In this document: piece after piece, positions 1-11,391 of the stretch | How the letters are laid out: each line of letters begins with the position of its first letter | How positions within the stretch are numbered: the first letter of the stretch is position 1 | NCBI RefSeq assembly: GCF_001194135.2 | Contig: NC_068992.1 | Coordinates: forward strand, 32,227,312 to 32,269,622 | DNA: 42,311 nt | Origin: Octopus bimaculoides | Taxonomy: Eukaryota | Direction: 5' to 3' | Translations under genes and position numbers: made by a program | Notes under the pieces: generated by a model | The model's input: only the letters and a program-made list of their open reading frames with translations | What the model was told of the DNA's origin: nothing | Database searches by the model: none

Positions 1-175
1 CATTGAGAGGTTTTCCATGCCATTTTTCATTCATAATATCTAAAGGGCGGGTTTTCAAGCGCTTAGCTTTTTCTGCGGGTGTTTCTAGTTCGTTTAATTC
101 TTGAATTTGTTGCAATTGGAATTCACTTAGATATTCCTTTGCCTGTTTTGTTACTGAGTAAGATGCTTTCTTGAT
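1..175 (-). mobile_element. R4/Dong-like non-LTR retrotransposon fragment (post-RT region), cut by window edge
   Basis: Manual minus-strand translation KKASYSVTKQAKEYLSEFQLQQIQELNELETPAEKAKRLKTRPLDIMNEKWHGKPLN; the ending resembles the W..KPLHG motif that follows the RT in R4/Dong ORFs. Confidence 0.6.
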
Positions 176-212
176 TTCTTCGATGAGAGATATAAATTCT
201 TGGCAAAACAAA

Positions 213-322
213 CAGGACACAGTAGTGTGTCGATAAGCCAGCTGGAGGAGATGCCCTCCTGGGGCTAAAGCAACAGTAACATCCACCCCTAGGGGTCAGC
301 CACACTTAAGTGGCAATGCACT
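213..322. repeat. Short hairpin-rich interspersed repeat, copy 1 (copy 2 at 19702-19786)
   Basis: Direct sequence match to 19702-19786; four hairpins visible; abuts a (TA)n tract. Confidence 0.8.
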
Positions 323-323
323 A

Positions 324-354
<31 letters not shown>

Positions 355-2304
355 GTTTGGTGTGTGTGTATGTGTATGTGCATGTATGTGAGTACGTAAG
401 CATGTATACATATGTGTGTATATGATCAAATGTATTTCAAACTTAGAGTTTGGAGATCATGATTATAATTTTAGTCTTTAACATTTATTTATATGATTGA
501 ATCAGCTGCACTCGGCATCCTATCTTCTTACTGCATATATTTTAATGTATATGTCTTAAGAACAATATTACATTTTTCAGCCAAACGTACGTAAGTATTT
601 TTGTGCGTGAGAGGTGGGGAGCTTGTATTATCTTATATTCCCTTATAAACGTAACACAAATTCCAAGTGTACATCTTTCTTTCCTAGTGACGAGACGTAG
701 TTGGTTGATATGTAAGATACTTCCAGGAAATTCATTCTTCAATTGGCTTAGTACTATTTTCAATAAGAATAAAACAGCCACATTAAATCTTATAATCGTA
801 CGCACCTTATAAATTTAGTATGTCTTTGAACATAAATCGTCCGACCATATTTCACTTTGAGCTAAAGAGAACTATAACCTTATTGGTAAGTAAATACTAT
901 ACTATTACATCACAGGAAATTTTCTCTACATTTTATGTGTACATTGCCCTAAATAAAATTATATAAGATCTTCATACACCAAAAATAGCATTCACCAATA
1001 TGTGACCACTGCATTAGAAATACGATAAATGCTGCTGGGAAAATTTGTATGCCTCTACAATTAAAATATGAACTTGAGATATTTAGGTATTTCATTGTTG
1101 ATTGTTGATTTTGCATGAATAATTCATGGAATATGCATTATGTGTGTCTATTGCTATGCCATTTGAAATATAATGTGCTATTCTTTCAACCCCATTATTC
1201 TAACAGATTCTATTTATCATAAGTATTATATTCAACTTTGCAAGGTGTATTTGTTATATTTCAGTGTTTCTATCCGAATCACTCACTCATTATATGTTCT
1301 GTTATTTCATTTTCATTTCTTTCATTCAACAATTTCCTTATCTTCTTCTAAATCATTTCAACTCATCTCTTCATTTATAGAGTTGGAATAAAATTCATGG
1401 CCATTTCAAATAATATTATAGTCTTTAATGTTGTATACAATTTGGAAATTACCGCACGGCATATATTTTGGAAGTTCTGAAGCATTGTTATACATGCAAC
1501 TTCTTAAATTTCTGCATACAATATAATATGACAATTCTGACGCATATCTAATATTTATGAATCAACATGAAAAACAATGCATATAAGCAAAACCAATGAC
1601 CTGAAACGTCTTACTGAACGTCTTGCGTTTCTATAAAAAAAGACAACCCGTTTAAACTTGCATGATATGTCATAGGTAGAAACCTCATCATTATCTGTTT
1701 CATACCACATTTCAGTATCAAAAACTACTAAACTAAAACGAAAAAAAAAATTATATACAGCATGATTTTTTGGTATAAACTCGTTTAAGTTTCTTTTCGA
1801 TATTGGTAAATATTCATATTGTATAGCGTTACTTACATTTCTGAACAGTGATTTGTTTGAGAAACGGCAATTTGTTTTGTTTGAGAAACGTCAATTCGTT
1901 TCTATTTCAATCTGTTTTAAAACATTTAAGATTTTAAAGTCATAAGAACTAATTTGAAGTGCTCAGAATGCACCACAACTACTTCACTATGTTAGTGAAG
2001 TATTCTAGATGGATCACCTATTACATTTCTTAACATTCAATATTATTGAATCGGGTGCTATAGATGGAAGCAACAGAAAGGCTGCCGTAAAACTATCTTA
2101 CAGCTTAATCACGAAACTCTGTTAATGGAAACTTTATTTACGCTCATAGTGAAAATTTTCAAACGGCACGAAATGTGTTCATTAAGCTGATTTTTGTGCA
2201 GACATGCTAAATATGTACATGACTGAGCAATATGAGTTATATTGGTTAGGATAATGATGACGGTGACAATAATTTAGTGAAGTTGAGGATGATATAGATG
2301 ATGA

Positions 2305-2321
2305 TGATGTTGGTGATGGTG

Positions 2322-2355
<34 letters not shown>

Positions 2356-2410
2356 CGACGACGACGATGATGAAGATAGTGATGATAAATGTGAGAGGAT
2401 GATGATTTCA
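2305..2410. repeat. (GAT)n microsatellite
   Basis: Seen directly. Confidence 0.9.
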
Positions 2411-2639
2411 TTTGCAATATTGTTGAATATGATACTAAAAAATAGTGAAAAACCTGTTTGTATGTTAATAGCAATTGTTCGTGATTCAAATATGGGACAT
2501 AATAAGACATAAGCCAATTAGAATTTGACATATATAAGAAGAAAGCAGCTCTTTTGAATAAGAAGTGAACGATATTATATATAACGAAATACATAACTCT
2601 TAGTTTAGTACCATGAGATTTATTAAATTAGCAACTTAT

Positions 2640-2665
2640 ACACACACACATACACACATGTGTGC

Positions 2666-2728
<63 letters not shown>

Positions 2729-2733
2729 TGTGT
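2640..2733. repeat. (CA)n/(TG)n microsatellite
   Basis: Seen directly. Confidence 0.95.
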
Positions 2734-2783
2734 GGAAAAACGTCAAGGTAGAAAATGCTAAAATAATTTTATAAAAAACATTT

Positions 2784-2819
2784 CAGTACCAGTTTCAATC
2801 AATGAGACTTTTTCAACTG
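2784..2819 (-). ncRNA. Minimal type I hammerhead ribozyme motif, U3-A8 core variant
   Basis: Minus strand reads CAG-UUGAAAA-AGUC(UCAUU)GAUU-GAAA-CUGG-UA-CUG: stem I CAG/CUG, stem II 4 bp, GUA triplet. Confidence 0.6.
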
Positions 2820-3115
2820 TAAGTATGGAAAATAATTAAATTTTGGAAAAATTAGAAGAAAAGTATTTTAAAAGAATATTTACATAGTATTCAAATACAA
2901 GGGGCATTTTCCTTGTTTATGCCTGTCTCGGTCTCGCTTGTNNNNNNNNNNNNNNNNNNNNNNNNNNNNNNNNNNNNNNNNNNNNNNNNNNNNNNNNNNN
3001 NNNNNNNNNNNNNNNNNNNNNNNNNNNNNNNNNNNNNNNNNNNNNNNNNNNNNNNNNNNNNNNNNNNNNNNNNNNNNNNNNNNNNNNNNNNNNNNNNNNN
3101 NNNNNNNNNNNNNNN

Positions 3116-3288
3116 AAAGAAGGAGGAGGAGAAGAAGAAGAAGAAGAAGAAGAAGAAAAAGAAGAAGAAAAAGAAGAAGAAGAAGAAGAAGAAGAAGAAA
3201 AAGAAGAAGAAGAAGAAAAAGAAGAAGAAGAAGAAGAAGAAAAAGAAGAAGAAGAAGAAGAAGAAGAAGAAAAAGAAGAAGAAGAAGA
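3116..3288. repeat. (AAG)n microsatellite next to an assembly gap
   Basis: Seen directly. Confidence 0.95.
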
Positions 3289-3479
3289 ATGTAGGAGTGC
3301 CATGATAGTTGTGTGTTAAATGGTCAAGAGCCCTGAAAGTGACCCGTTGTAGATGGTAGTAGTGATTGAATAATGTCGATGTTTTGGCTGAACGCTATGT
3401 TTCTGTTTGGGGAATTTCGATCTGGGATTTGTGCAGATTTACAACCAAAATAATATGTTCAACAACAATACAGAAGCCG

Positions 3480-3890
3480 TCAATAAAAAAGAGCGAAAGA
3501 CCCAAGTTTGGGATAGGCGTAAATTTAATTGAGGAATCAGAGTTTTCTTTCAAACAGGGACAACGTTTCACAGTGAAAAGCAACTTCACATGTACTTCGG
3601 AGAACCTGATATACGCACTAACCTGCTCTGCGTGTCAAGAGCAATACATAGGCCAAACAAAAAAACAGTACGTAAAAGGATGGCTCTGCTCAGATCCCAG
3701 ATCAAAATTCCTCAAAACAGAAAAATAGCATTCACCCAACACATTGACATTTGCGCCAACAACAAAAAGCCTAGCTTCAGAATTTCCCCCCTCTACCAAT
3801 TCAGGTATGATACAACTTGTAGCCAACGAATTAGTAGAGACTCTCTTTATTACAAACTACACACCCCTTTTGAACGCGTCTACAACAAAT
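3480..3890 (+). mobile_element. Penelope-like element fragment: GIY-YIG endonuclease, frameshifted
   Basis: ORF 3366..3728 has NFTCTSENLIYALTCSACQEQYIGQT. It continues in other frames as KRMALLRSQI..QHIDIC and ETLFITNYTPLLN, the typical PLE GIY-YIG layout. Confidence 0.85.
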
Positions 3891-4214
3891 GATATATCCA
3901 CCACGGCCTTTAGAATAACATACACACGCATATATTAAAAGTTATACACTCAAGAGATTCTCAATAATTCATTAAAAAACAGTCCCAATCACTGCTATAA
4001 TCCATAACGCGCCACTTTTAGGTCACTTAACCATTTAACACCCTACTACTATCATACTACCTACATTCCTTCTTATTCTCTCTTCTCTTTCTCTTTGGAG
4101 ATCTAGCGGTAGATCTGTATGATATGGAATTCTATAAACTTCCATTTTGGGTTTATCTTCTATTTTCTTAAACCATTCAGTCGTTGCACTGCTGTGTATC
4201 CATTGAGAAAGATT

Positions 4215-4925
4215 TGAGTGTGCTCTGATATGTGATAATATTATTTAATATGGATTTACTAATAATTGCTATTTGGCTTTTTGTGAGATTTATTAATCTC
4301 GTAAGTTATTGCTTGAATTATTCATATGGTCTAAAAGAGCTATGAAAGGATTTCATGGGATAAGCTTTTCTACTTCGTGTTCTATTCTAAACATTGTGAC
4401 TACCTTTTTGCTTGTACATTAATTGAATTAGAAATGGTAGAGTTTGTTTTCTTGTATGTTTTAGTTATGTTGTCGGTTGGTAATTTGCTATCTGTTTAGC
4501 TGTTTACTTCATAAATATTGTTCGCTATATCTGCTTTAATAAACATGTTTGCTGATGTTTTGAAAGATTTGATGTATGTCTGTAATGTGTGTGGAACTTG
4601 TTGCATCTTTGGTTGAATTTTACCTTTCTAACGAACTTTATAAGATCGCCTTCACATTTTTCTATGTCTTTGATAGGTGGAAGAGTTAATAAGATTTGAA
4701 ACCGTTATTGTCCTCTGCATGAGGGCTGCACGTAACTTTATCGAAAAAAAAGGCTTCCAGTTCATTCTCCACAGAACATTTTCTGCTTCGTCGATAACAT
4801 GTTTGATGTATACTTTCCTTGATGGAATAGGAATATTTTTAAAGGATGTCATTATTTCGTGTTTTTCCATGCTTTCTTTTGATTGTCTGTTCGTTTTTAG
4901 TACATAAACGGTGTTTGTTGACGTC
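4215..4925 (-). mobile_element. Penelope-like element fragment: N-terminal region leading into the RT, decayed
   Basis: Manual and ORF-track translation gives SFKNIPIPSRKVYIKHVIDEAENVLWRM.WK.FF, FIKADIANNIY and RLINLTKSQIAIISKSILNNI. These match recalled PLE ORF motifs (KNIPIPS, ADKT.N.Y, RLINP.KSEIG.ISK). Confidence 0.65.
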
Positions 4926-5077
4926 CGTAAGTTTGATACGTATATGTTGAACTTCTAATTTATGAATTAGTTCTACCATGGGTGTGTATGTGTGCGTGTG
5001 CGTGCGTGTGTGTGTGGGTATACTTACTTGGAAATGGATGCGTGGCGTTCAATTAATAATATAAATTATACATTATC

Positions 5078-5323
5078 TTTCTTAAATATTTGCTCCCTAA
5101 TCGAAACTTGATTCGTTCTTTGTCATAGCTCCATATTGCTTATGTGTTCGGGCCATCTGATTTTAAGTATATATTTTAAGTATATATCTGATTTTAAGTA
5201 TACATATATATCAACAGGTGCTTGCGTAGTATACTTAAATTCAAATGGCCCGAACACATAAGGAATATGGAGCTATGGCAAAGAACGAATCAAGTTTCGA
5301 TTAGGGAGCAAATATTTAAGAAA
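5078..5323. repeat. Fold-back element: ~93-bp inverted arms (5078-5170 / 5231-5323) with a short AT-rich spacer
   Basis: TTTCTTAAATATTTGCTCCCTAATCGAAAC...GGCCATCTGATTTTAAGTAT is the reverse complement, with a few mismatches, of ATACTTAAATTCAAATGGCC...GTTTCGATTAGGGAGCAAATATTTAAGAAA. Confidence 0.9.
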
Positions 5324-5879
5324 AAGTGGAAGTGTATTGGTAGTACAATTAGAAAGGACACACCGAATGTAGCGAAAAGTGTTTTACAGTAGAATCCGGA
5401 TGGATATAGAAAGAGGAGTAGNNNNNNNNNNNNNNNNNNNNNNNNNNNNNNNNNNNNNNNNNNNNNNNNNNNNNNNNNNNNNNNNNNNNNNNNNNNNNNN
5501 NNNNNNNNNNNNNNNNNNNNNNNNNNNNNNNNNNNNNNNNNNNNNNNNNNNNNNNNNNNNNNNNNNNNNNNNNNNNNNNNNNNNNNNNNNNNNNNNNNNN
5601 NNNNNNNNNNNNNNNNNNNNNNNNNNNNNNNNNNNNNNNNNNNNNNNNNNNNNNNNNNNNNNNNNNNNNNNNNNNNNNNNNNNNNNNNNNNNNNNNNNNN
5701 NNNNNNNNNNNNNNNNNNNNNNNNNNNNNNNNNNNNNNNNNNNNNNNNNNNNNNNNNNACTTTTATTTTCAAAATTTCTCATCTAAGCGTCTTAATATTT
5801 TCCGTGGTGTAGAGTTTACAATGTAATTATTCCTTTTCATTCCAGGTGCCATTATATTAAACATTTGCGAAGAGTAACC

Positions 5880-6150
5880 ATGTCACGCACAAAAAATCAG
5901 CAGAACTGTCATATTTTCAAAGAGGTTGTATTGTTGGGCAAACTAAGGCTAGTCTTAGCCAGCGAAAAGTTACCGAAAATCTTAAAATTATTCTTGCTAC
6001 TGTTAATAGAATTATAGCGCAATACAAAAACCAAGGAAATGCATCAACAGGTTCTCGTTCCGGCCGACCTAGGACCTCAGAAAGGAATATTCGCTGTTTG
6101 AAGAGAATTGTGGAAAACGAACCCCGTTCGAACGCTTCTGACATTGCAAG
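5880..6150 (+). mobile_element. Tc1-like transposase N-terminal (paired-like HTH) fragment, frameshifted
   Basis: Manual translation MSRTK/KSAELSYFQRGCIVGQTKASLSQRKVTENLKIILATVNRIIAQYKNQGNASTGSRSGRPRTSERNIRCLKRIVENEPR contains the ELS.F.RG.IVG and RSGRPR motifs. Confidence 0.85.
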
Positions 6151-8697
6151 AATTCTTAACGCTGAATCCTATCTATATTCTAGTAAATCAAGGATGGTAT
6201 TTTAATCTTGCACAGAATTTATCATATGCCAATACAGCATATGTAAGATGATAAAGACACATGTCCTACATCTTGTCTGGTTATTGAAGGAAGAAAGTGA
6301 CAGAGATTAGTGAATTACTACAATAAAAGTGTAAACATTTTTTCTCCACTTCGGTAAGAGGATTACAAACAGGATATCAAACACAAAGATATCTCACACG
6401 ACCTACTACAAACCACAATCGCAAAAACTAAATCGCAGGACAAAAAAAAAAACAAGAACCAGCAAGAGAATGCAAAGAATATTCAAATCTTTTCCGTGAA
6501 TATTATGTAGCAATGTGGTCGGATCATTGTACTATCTATTGCCAGTCATTTTACATCATATTACACCTGTAGCAGTTCGATGAATTTTGTATATTCCGCA
6601 TATAATTTCTTTGCGAAAATTTGCATGTTGTGTTGCATTGTATAATCTTGAGAAAAAGTTTTCGTTGATGGCATAAGCTCCTTCATCACAGTGATTCAAA
6701 TATGTTTTAAATAAAACATTCCTCTTACATATAGAGGGCTTTTTCAATTTTCTACGACCGTTATAAAGTGGTCACCTCTATGCACTTGTTACGAAGCTTA
6801 TGGATACTTTCGACTTCATCTTGAGCAATATCCGGTCCTTTAACCTTCATTTGATTGCAAACTGAAATATATCTTTCTTTGAGACCTTTCATGGTATGGA
6901 TTTATATCCATTCTTTAGACGTTTGGAATTTAAAATGTCAGATGAATTTCCACTTTACACAAGGCTGGTCTACGAGAGATATTGCACATATCTTCAAAGT
7001 TTCATTTATTTTTTTCTACTGGGTGAATATTGATTCTTTTCAACATATAACCACTGAGTTACATTTCGGATTTTAAATTTGCTTATATTATCCTTGTCCC
7101 TAGTTGAATTGTTTATTATTTTCAGGTATTGGCTAGCAATATGATTTCCTTCGTTTTTATAGTTTCTATATGACGTATTGTCACTCTATCGTTACCTGAA
7201 TTGTTAACCTTTAAGTATTAGAGTGTTTCCTCTTTTTCCTTACAGCACTTGCACTTGTTAGCTACCTTGAAATGATTAATAGCCTACAGATACAAGTGGT
7301 TACAGTAGATATTTCTGTATTCGTGCAATAGGTATTTGAGAATATAAGGGCGTGAACATTCTGTATCCACGATATTTCAACATACATTTTGGGTTGTGTG
7401 TTTGTAAAGTGCCTCATTATTGTTTGTAAAGTTCCTCATTATTTGAAAAATATTTCTCTCTAGTATCTTTAAATCCTTTTTCGTCTTGTTATTATTACAA
7501 ATATGAATGACACATTCGGATTACAGATATTATTAGATTATTTATCTATTTATATAATTAATTTTCTTTAAAATATCATTGCTACTTGTCCATGAATACA
7601 TTTTCTACGTTGTCTAAATCATTGGTTCATAATTATTTAGCATTGTAACTCTCATATATCTCTTAACTTATTATCAGTTTTCACTAATTTTCTTCGCAGT
7701 GGAGACGACACGTTACTTGATTTGATCGGAAAACCAATACATATTTTTTTAGTAAATGTATAGAGTGGGCAGATCTATTTACGTAGTTACCTACACCGTA
7801 CAACACAAAGTGTTTGACAACAGAAAATTTGTAGTAAAATTCTCGCCCATTTAACTCTAGTTCAAGTGACCAGCGACAACCTAATAAAAAGTGGTGAGAA
7901 AGATTTTGTTGAAAACATTCTGATTATTATATATATGGAGTTCTTCGCTACAGATTAACACATTTATATTACATTTTCATTCTAGGGTAAATGCCATACA
8001 TTTCTTCTTCTGGAGTCCACATTGTGCGGCAGTTAACTTTGTCTAGCCTTGACAGAAACTTTTTATCTCTTATCTTTGGAATTAGAAACGGTTTAGACAT
8101 GATGTTGTTCTTGTTGTTGTTGGCTGCGTCTCGTGTTTCCGAGCTTGCAATCCAGTTACTTTTCCTGGGTGTCTGAACCGCAGATGGTTTCGCAATCCAA
8201 GTGTTGCATGAAACATACGGGGACATTGTGGACAAGGGATAGAAGGGGTTGGTTTGGGAAGGAGAAGGCNNNNNNNNNNTGAGTTCAGTTCTTGCGACTC
8301 GGGCTTTCTCGAAGTCTGCTGAACCCGAGTTGATGGTGTGTCTCCAGAGGGGTCTGTTTGCCGAGATATCCTCCCAGTGTGCGGGGTCGATGTTGGTGCT
8401 TTTCAAGGTTGATTTGAGTTGGTCCTTGTACCGCCTCAAGAAGGCTCCACGAGGACGTTTTCCTTCAGACAGTCCACTGTAGAGACAGATCTTGGGAAAG
8501 CGGTATTCATTCATCCGACAGACGTGACCTGACCATCGGGGACGATGTTCAATGATCAAGGCTTCGATGCTCAGGAGACCTGATCTTTCAAGCACAGAGT
8601 TATTAGTGATGTGATTTTCCCAGTTGATGTTCAGGAAAGAGCGAAGTTTGGATTGATGGAAGCGCTCTATTTTCTTCAAGTCCTTACGGAAAACAGT

Positions 8698-10269
8698 CTA
8701 GATTTCACACCCGTACAGCAGAGTTGATACGACAACAGCCCGACAGACCATGAGCTTCGTTTTGAATGTCAGATCCTTGTTGCAAAAGACCCTGGCTTTG
8801 AGACGACCGAAAGAGGCATGACCTGATTGGATGCGATGTTCGATATCCCTACCAGATCCTGCAGTGGATGACAGAAAACTTCCAAGAAAGCAGAAATCCT
8901 CAACGACCTCAATTGATTGGTTGTTGATGGTGATATTGGAGCTATCAAGGTTGGTAAGAGGAGCTGGTTGAGTGAGCACTTTGGTTTTGGCGATGGTTAC
9001 TTTCAGGCCGAAGGTTTGATAAGCCCTGTTGAAGTTGTTTGCTGAAGTTTGGAGGTCCTCTGCAGTTGAAGCTGGGGCTGGGTTATCATCGGCGTATTGA
9101 AGCTCAGTGATCTTGTGCTTTCGACAGCGATGTTTTGATCGGAAACGCGACACGTTGAAAAGTCCGCCATCAAATCTACATCTGAGTTCCATTGCGGGGT
9201 TGTCTGTTGGAATTTCGGAGAGCATGGCAGCGATGTAGTGAGAAAACAGGGTTGGAGCAAGAACACATCCCTGCTTCAAGCCACAGGTGATCTTGAATTC
9301 TTCAGAGATTTCAGTCTGATAAAGGTCTCTTCCCCTCATGTCATCATGGAAACCCTTGATCAGCGAAATGAAGCCTCCAAGACAACCGTAACAATCCAGG
9401 ATATCCCACATAACCTCTGTTGGGACACTGTCGAATGCTTTTCCCAAGTGGTAGAAGATGAAAAAGACAGGTCTCTGCTGCTCCCGCCTCTTCTCCTGCA
9501 TCTGACGTGCACAACAGATTATGTCGATGATACCTCTTGACCTTCTGATACCACACTGTGACTCAGGAAAGACTGATTCAGCTGCCACTTGGAGACGTTT
9601 TGACAAGATTCGAACGATGATCTTGCCTGGGATTGAAAGCAGAGAGATGCCACGATGGTTACCACAAAGGCTCCTGTCTCCTTTCTTGAAGATGGTGACA
9701 ATGACTGCATCTTTGAGATCTTGAGGAATCTGTTTCTTCTCCCAGATCTGCAGAATCAGCATGAAGAGTCTTGCCCTAAGAGCAGATCCATCCGCTTTGA
9801 GGACTTCAAAGGGAATGTTGTAGGGTCCGGGAGCTTTGTTAGGTTTCATTTGATTGAAAGCGGTCATGAATTCGATATGGGGAGGGAGACGTGACAGTTC
9901 TGGTCTGACAGGGTGTTGAGGAATGTTCTTCAGCGGATCTTCAGAGGCAGTGGACGGGCGATTCAGCAAGGCTTCGAAATGTTCTTTCCAGCTATGAAGA
10001 ATCTCATCCTTCTCGGTGATGACAGTTGAGTTGTCTGCTGTTTTCAGCTGGAATGTTGATGATCGTTGGGGACCGTAAATTTCCTTGGTTCCAACAAAAA
10101 TGTTCCTCATGTCACGGCTGTCAGCATAGGATCGGAGTTGGACAGCTTTAGCTTGCCACAATTGATTCTCGATCTTGCGAATACTTCTTTGGCAGAGTGA
10201 TTTGGCTTCCTCGAATCTGGTGAGTTTCGTGGAACATGAGGGGTTCTTCAGATGTTCAATGAGTGCCAA
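8698..10269 (-). pseudogene. RTE reverse transcriptase domain (ORF fragment)
   Basis: KAPGPYNIP, NHRGISLLSIPGK, PESQCGIR, HLGKAFDSV (decayed DxxKAFD), GLKQGCVLAPTLF, LQYADD. The C-terminus continues in ORF 7969..8679. Confidence 0.92.
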
Positions 10270-10477
10270 TCGCTTGCCATCAACCAGGGTGGATATTTCA
10301 AAACTGTTTGAGTTGAACCAGTCTGTACGGGATCGCTTTTGAAAACCGATGTTCTCTCTCTCGCAGATTTGGTGATGATGTTCTTAAGTGTAATCCACTC
10401 TGCGTTGGGATAAGAGCTGTCACATGGGGGGTTTCATTTAACTGCTTTTCGACAGACTCTTGAAAAAGACGGACCTT

Positions 10478-11391
10478 CTAGAGGTCTCGGAGGGCAGTGG
10501 TGTCGTACTTCCTCCGGGAAGGTAGATTTGATCTTGGAGGGAATGTCTTCTTCTTCTTCAGAGTCCATCTTATCCGTGTGACTACCAGACGGTGGTTAGT
10601 CCAACAGTCGTCAGCAGACAGCATAGAACGAGTGATCAGAACATCCTTGAGATCACATTGTCTTGTGTTGGCATAGTCTAGGATGTACCAATGCTTGGAT
10701 CTGGGATGTTGCCATGTGGACTTGAAGCGGTTCCGTTGCCTGAAAGAGGTGTCTGTCACAGCAAGTTGGTGTTCAGAACACAGTCCAAGAAGAAGATGTC
10801 CATTTACATTGGAGTTCCCGACTCCGTCTTTCCCGACAACCTTCTCCCAAAGATGATGGTCTTTGCCAACCCTTTCGTTCAAGTAACCAAGTAGGAGAAT
10901 TTTATCTGAACTGGGGAGAGCTGTGAGTTGTTGGTCGTGTTAATGGTAGAACTCTTCTTTTATGTTGGAGCATAGATGGAAAAGATTGTGATGGAAGATG
11001 TTCAGAGGGGAATTCGGATGGACATGATTCTCTCCATGATGCAAGACGGAGTCAGATTGAAGGATTTTACGGGTTTTGTCTTGATTGCAAAACCCACCCC
11101 ATGCATATGAGGTTGCCCAGGCTCCTTTCCTTTCCAGAATATCGCATATCTGGAACCTTGTTATTCAAGCGAGCCTTCCCCTGAGAGCCAAGTTTTACTC
11201 AGAGCTGTGAGGTCCACATCGAAACAGCTCAGTTCGTGTGTGACGAGGGCTGTTCTTCTGGCAGGTCGATTTGTGTCCTTGTTATCTAGTTGTGTCCGTA
11301 CCTTCCAAGTTGCAAAGTTCGTTATAGTGTTTCGGTTGCAGAATGGGTGACCCGCTGAATGCAGTATTGCAGCCGGGTAGAGTTGCGACAT
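10478..11391 (-). pseudogene. RTE apurinic-like endonuclease domain (split over several frames)
   Basis: TWKVRT, LSKTWL (LSETRL), HGVGFAI, NERVGKD, TWQHPRSKHWYILDY, CWTNHRLV (DH motif decayed). Confidence 0.88.

Noticed and set aside
176-212. TTCGATGAGAGATATAAATTCTTGGCAAAAC as a possible hammerhead
   Set aside because: No CUGA, no GAAA after the stem, and no stem I partner.
5090-5130. GAAAC...GTT in the fold-back arm as an HHR half
   Set aside because: No CUGANGA on either strand nearby.
6300-7700. Coding-like stretch on the minus strand (e.g. ORF 6556..6747)
   Set aside because: No motif I can assign; possibly a decayed element. The 22-bp tandem duplication at 7400-7443 is trivial.
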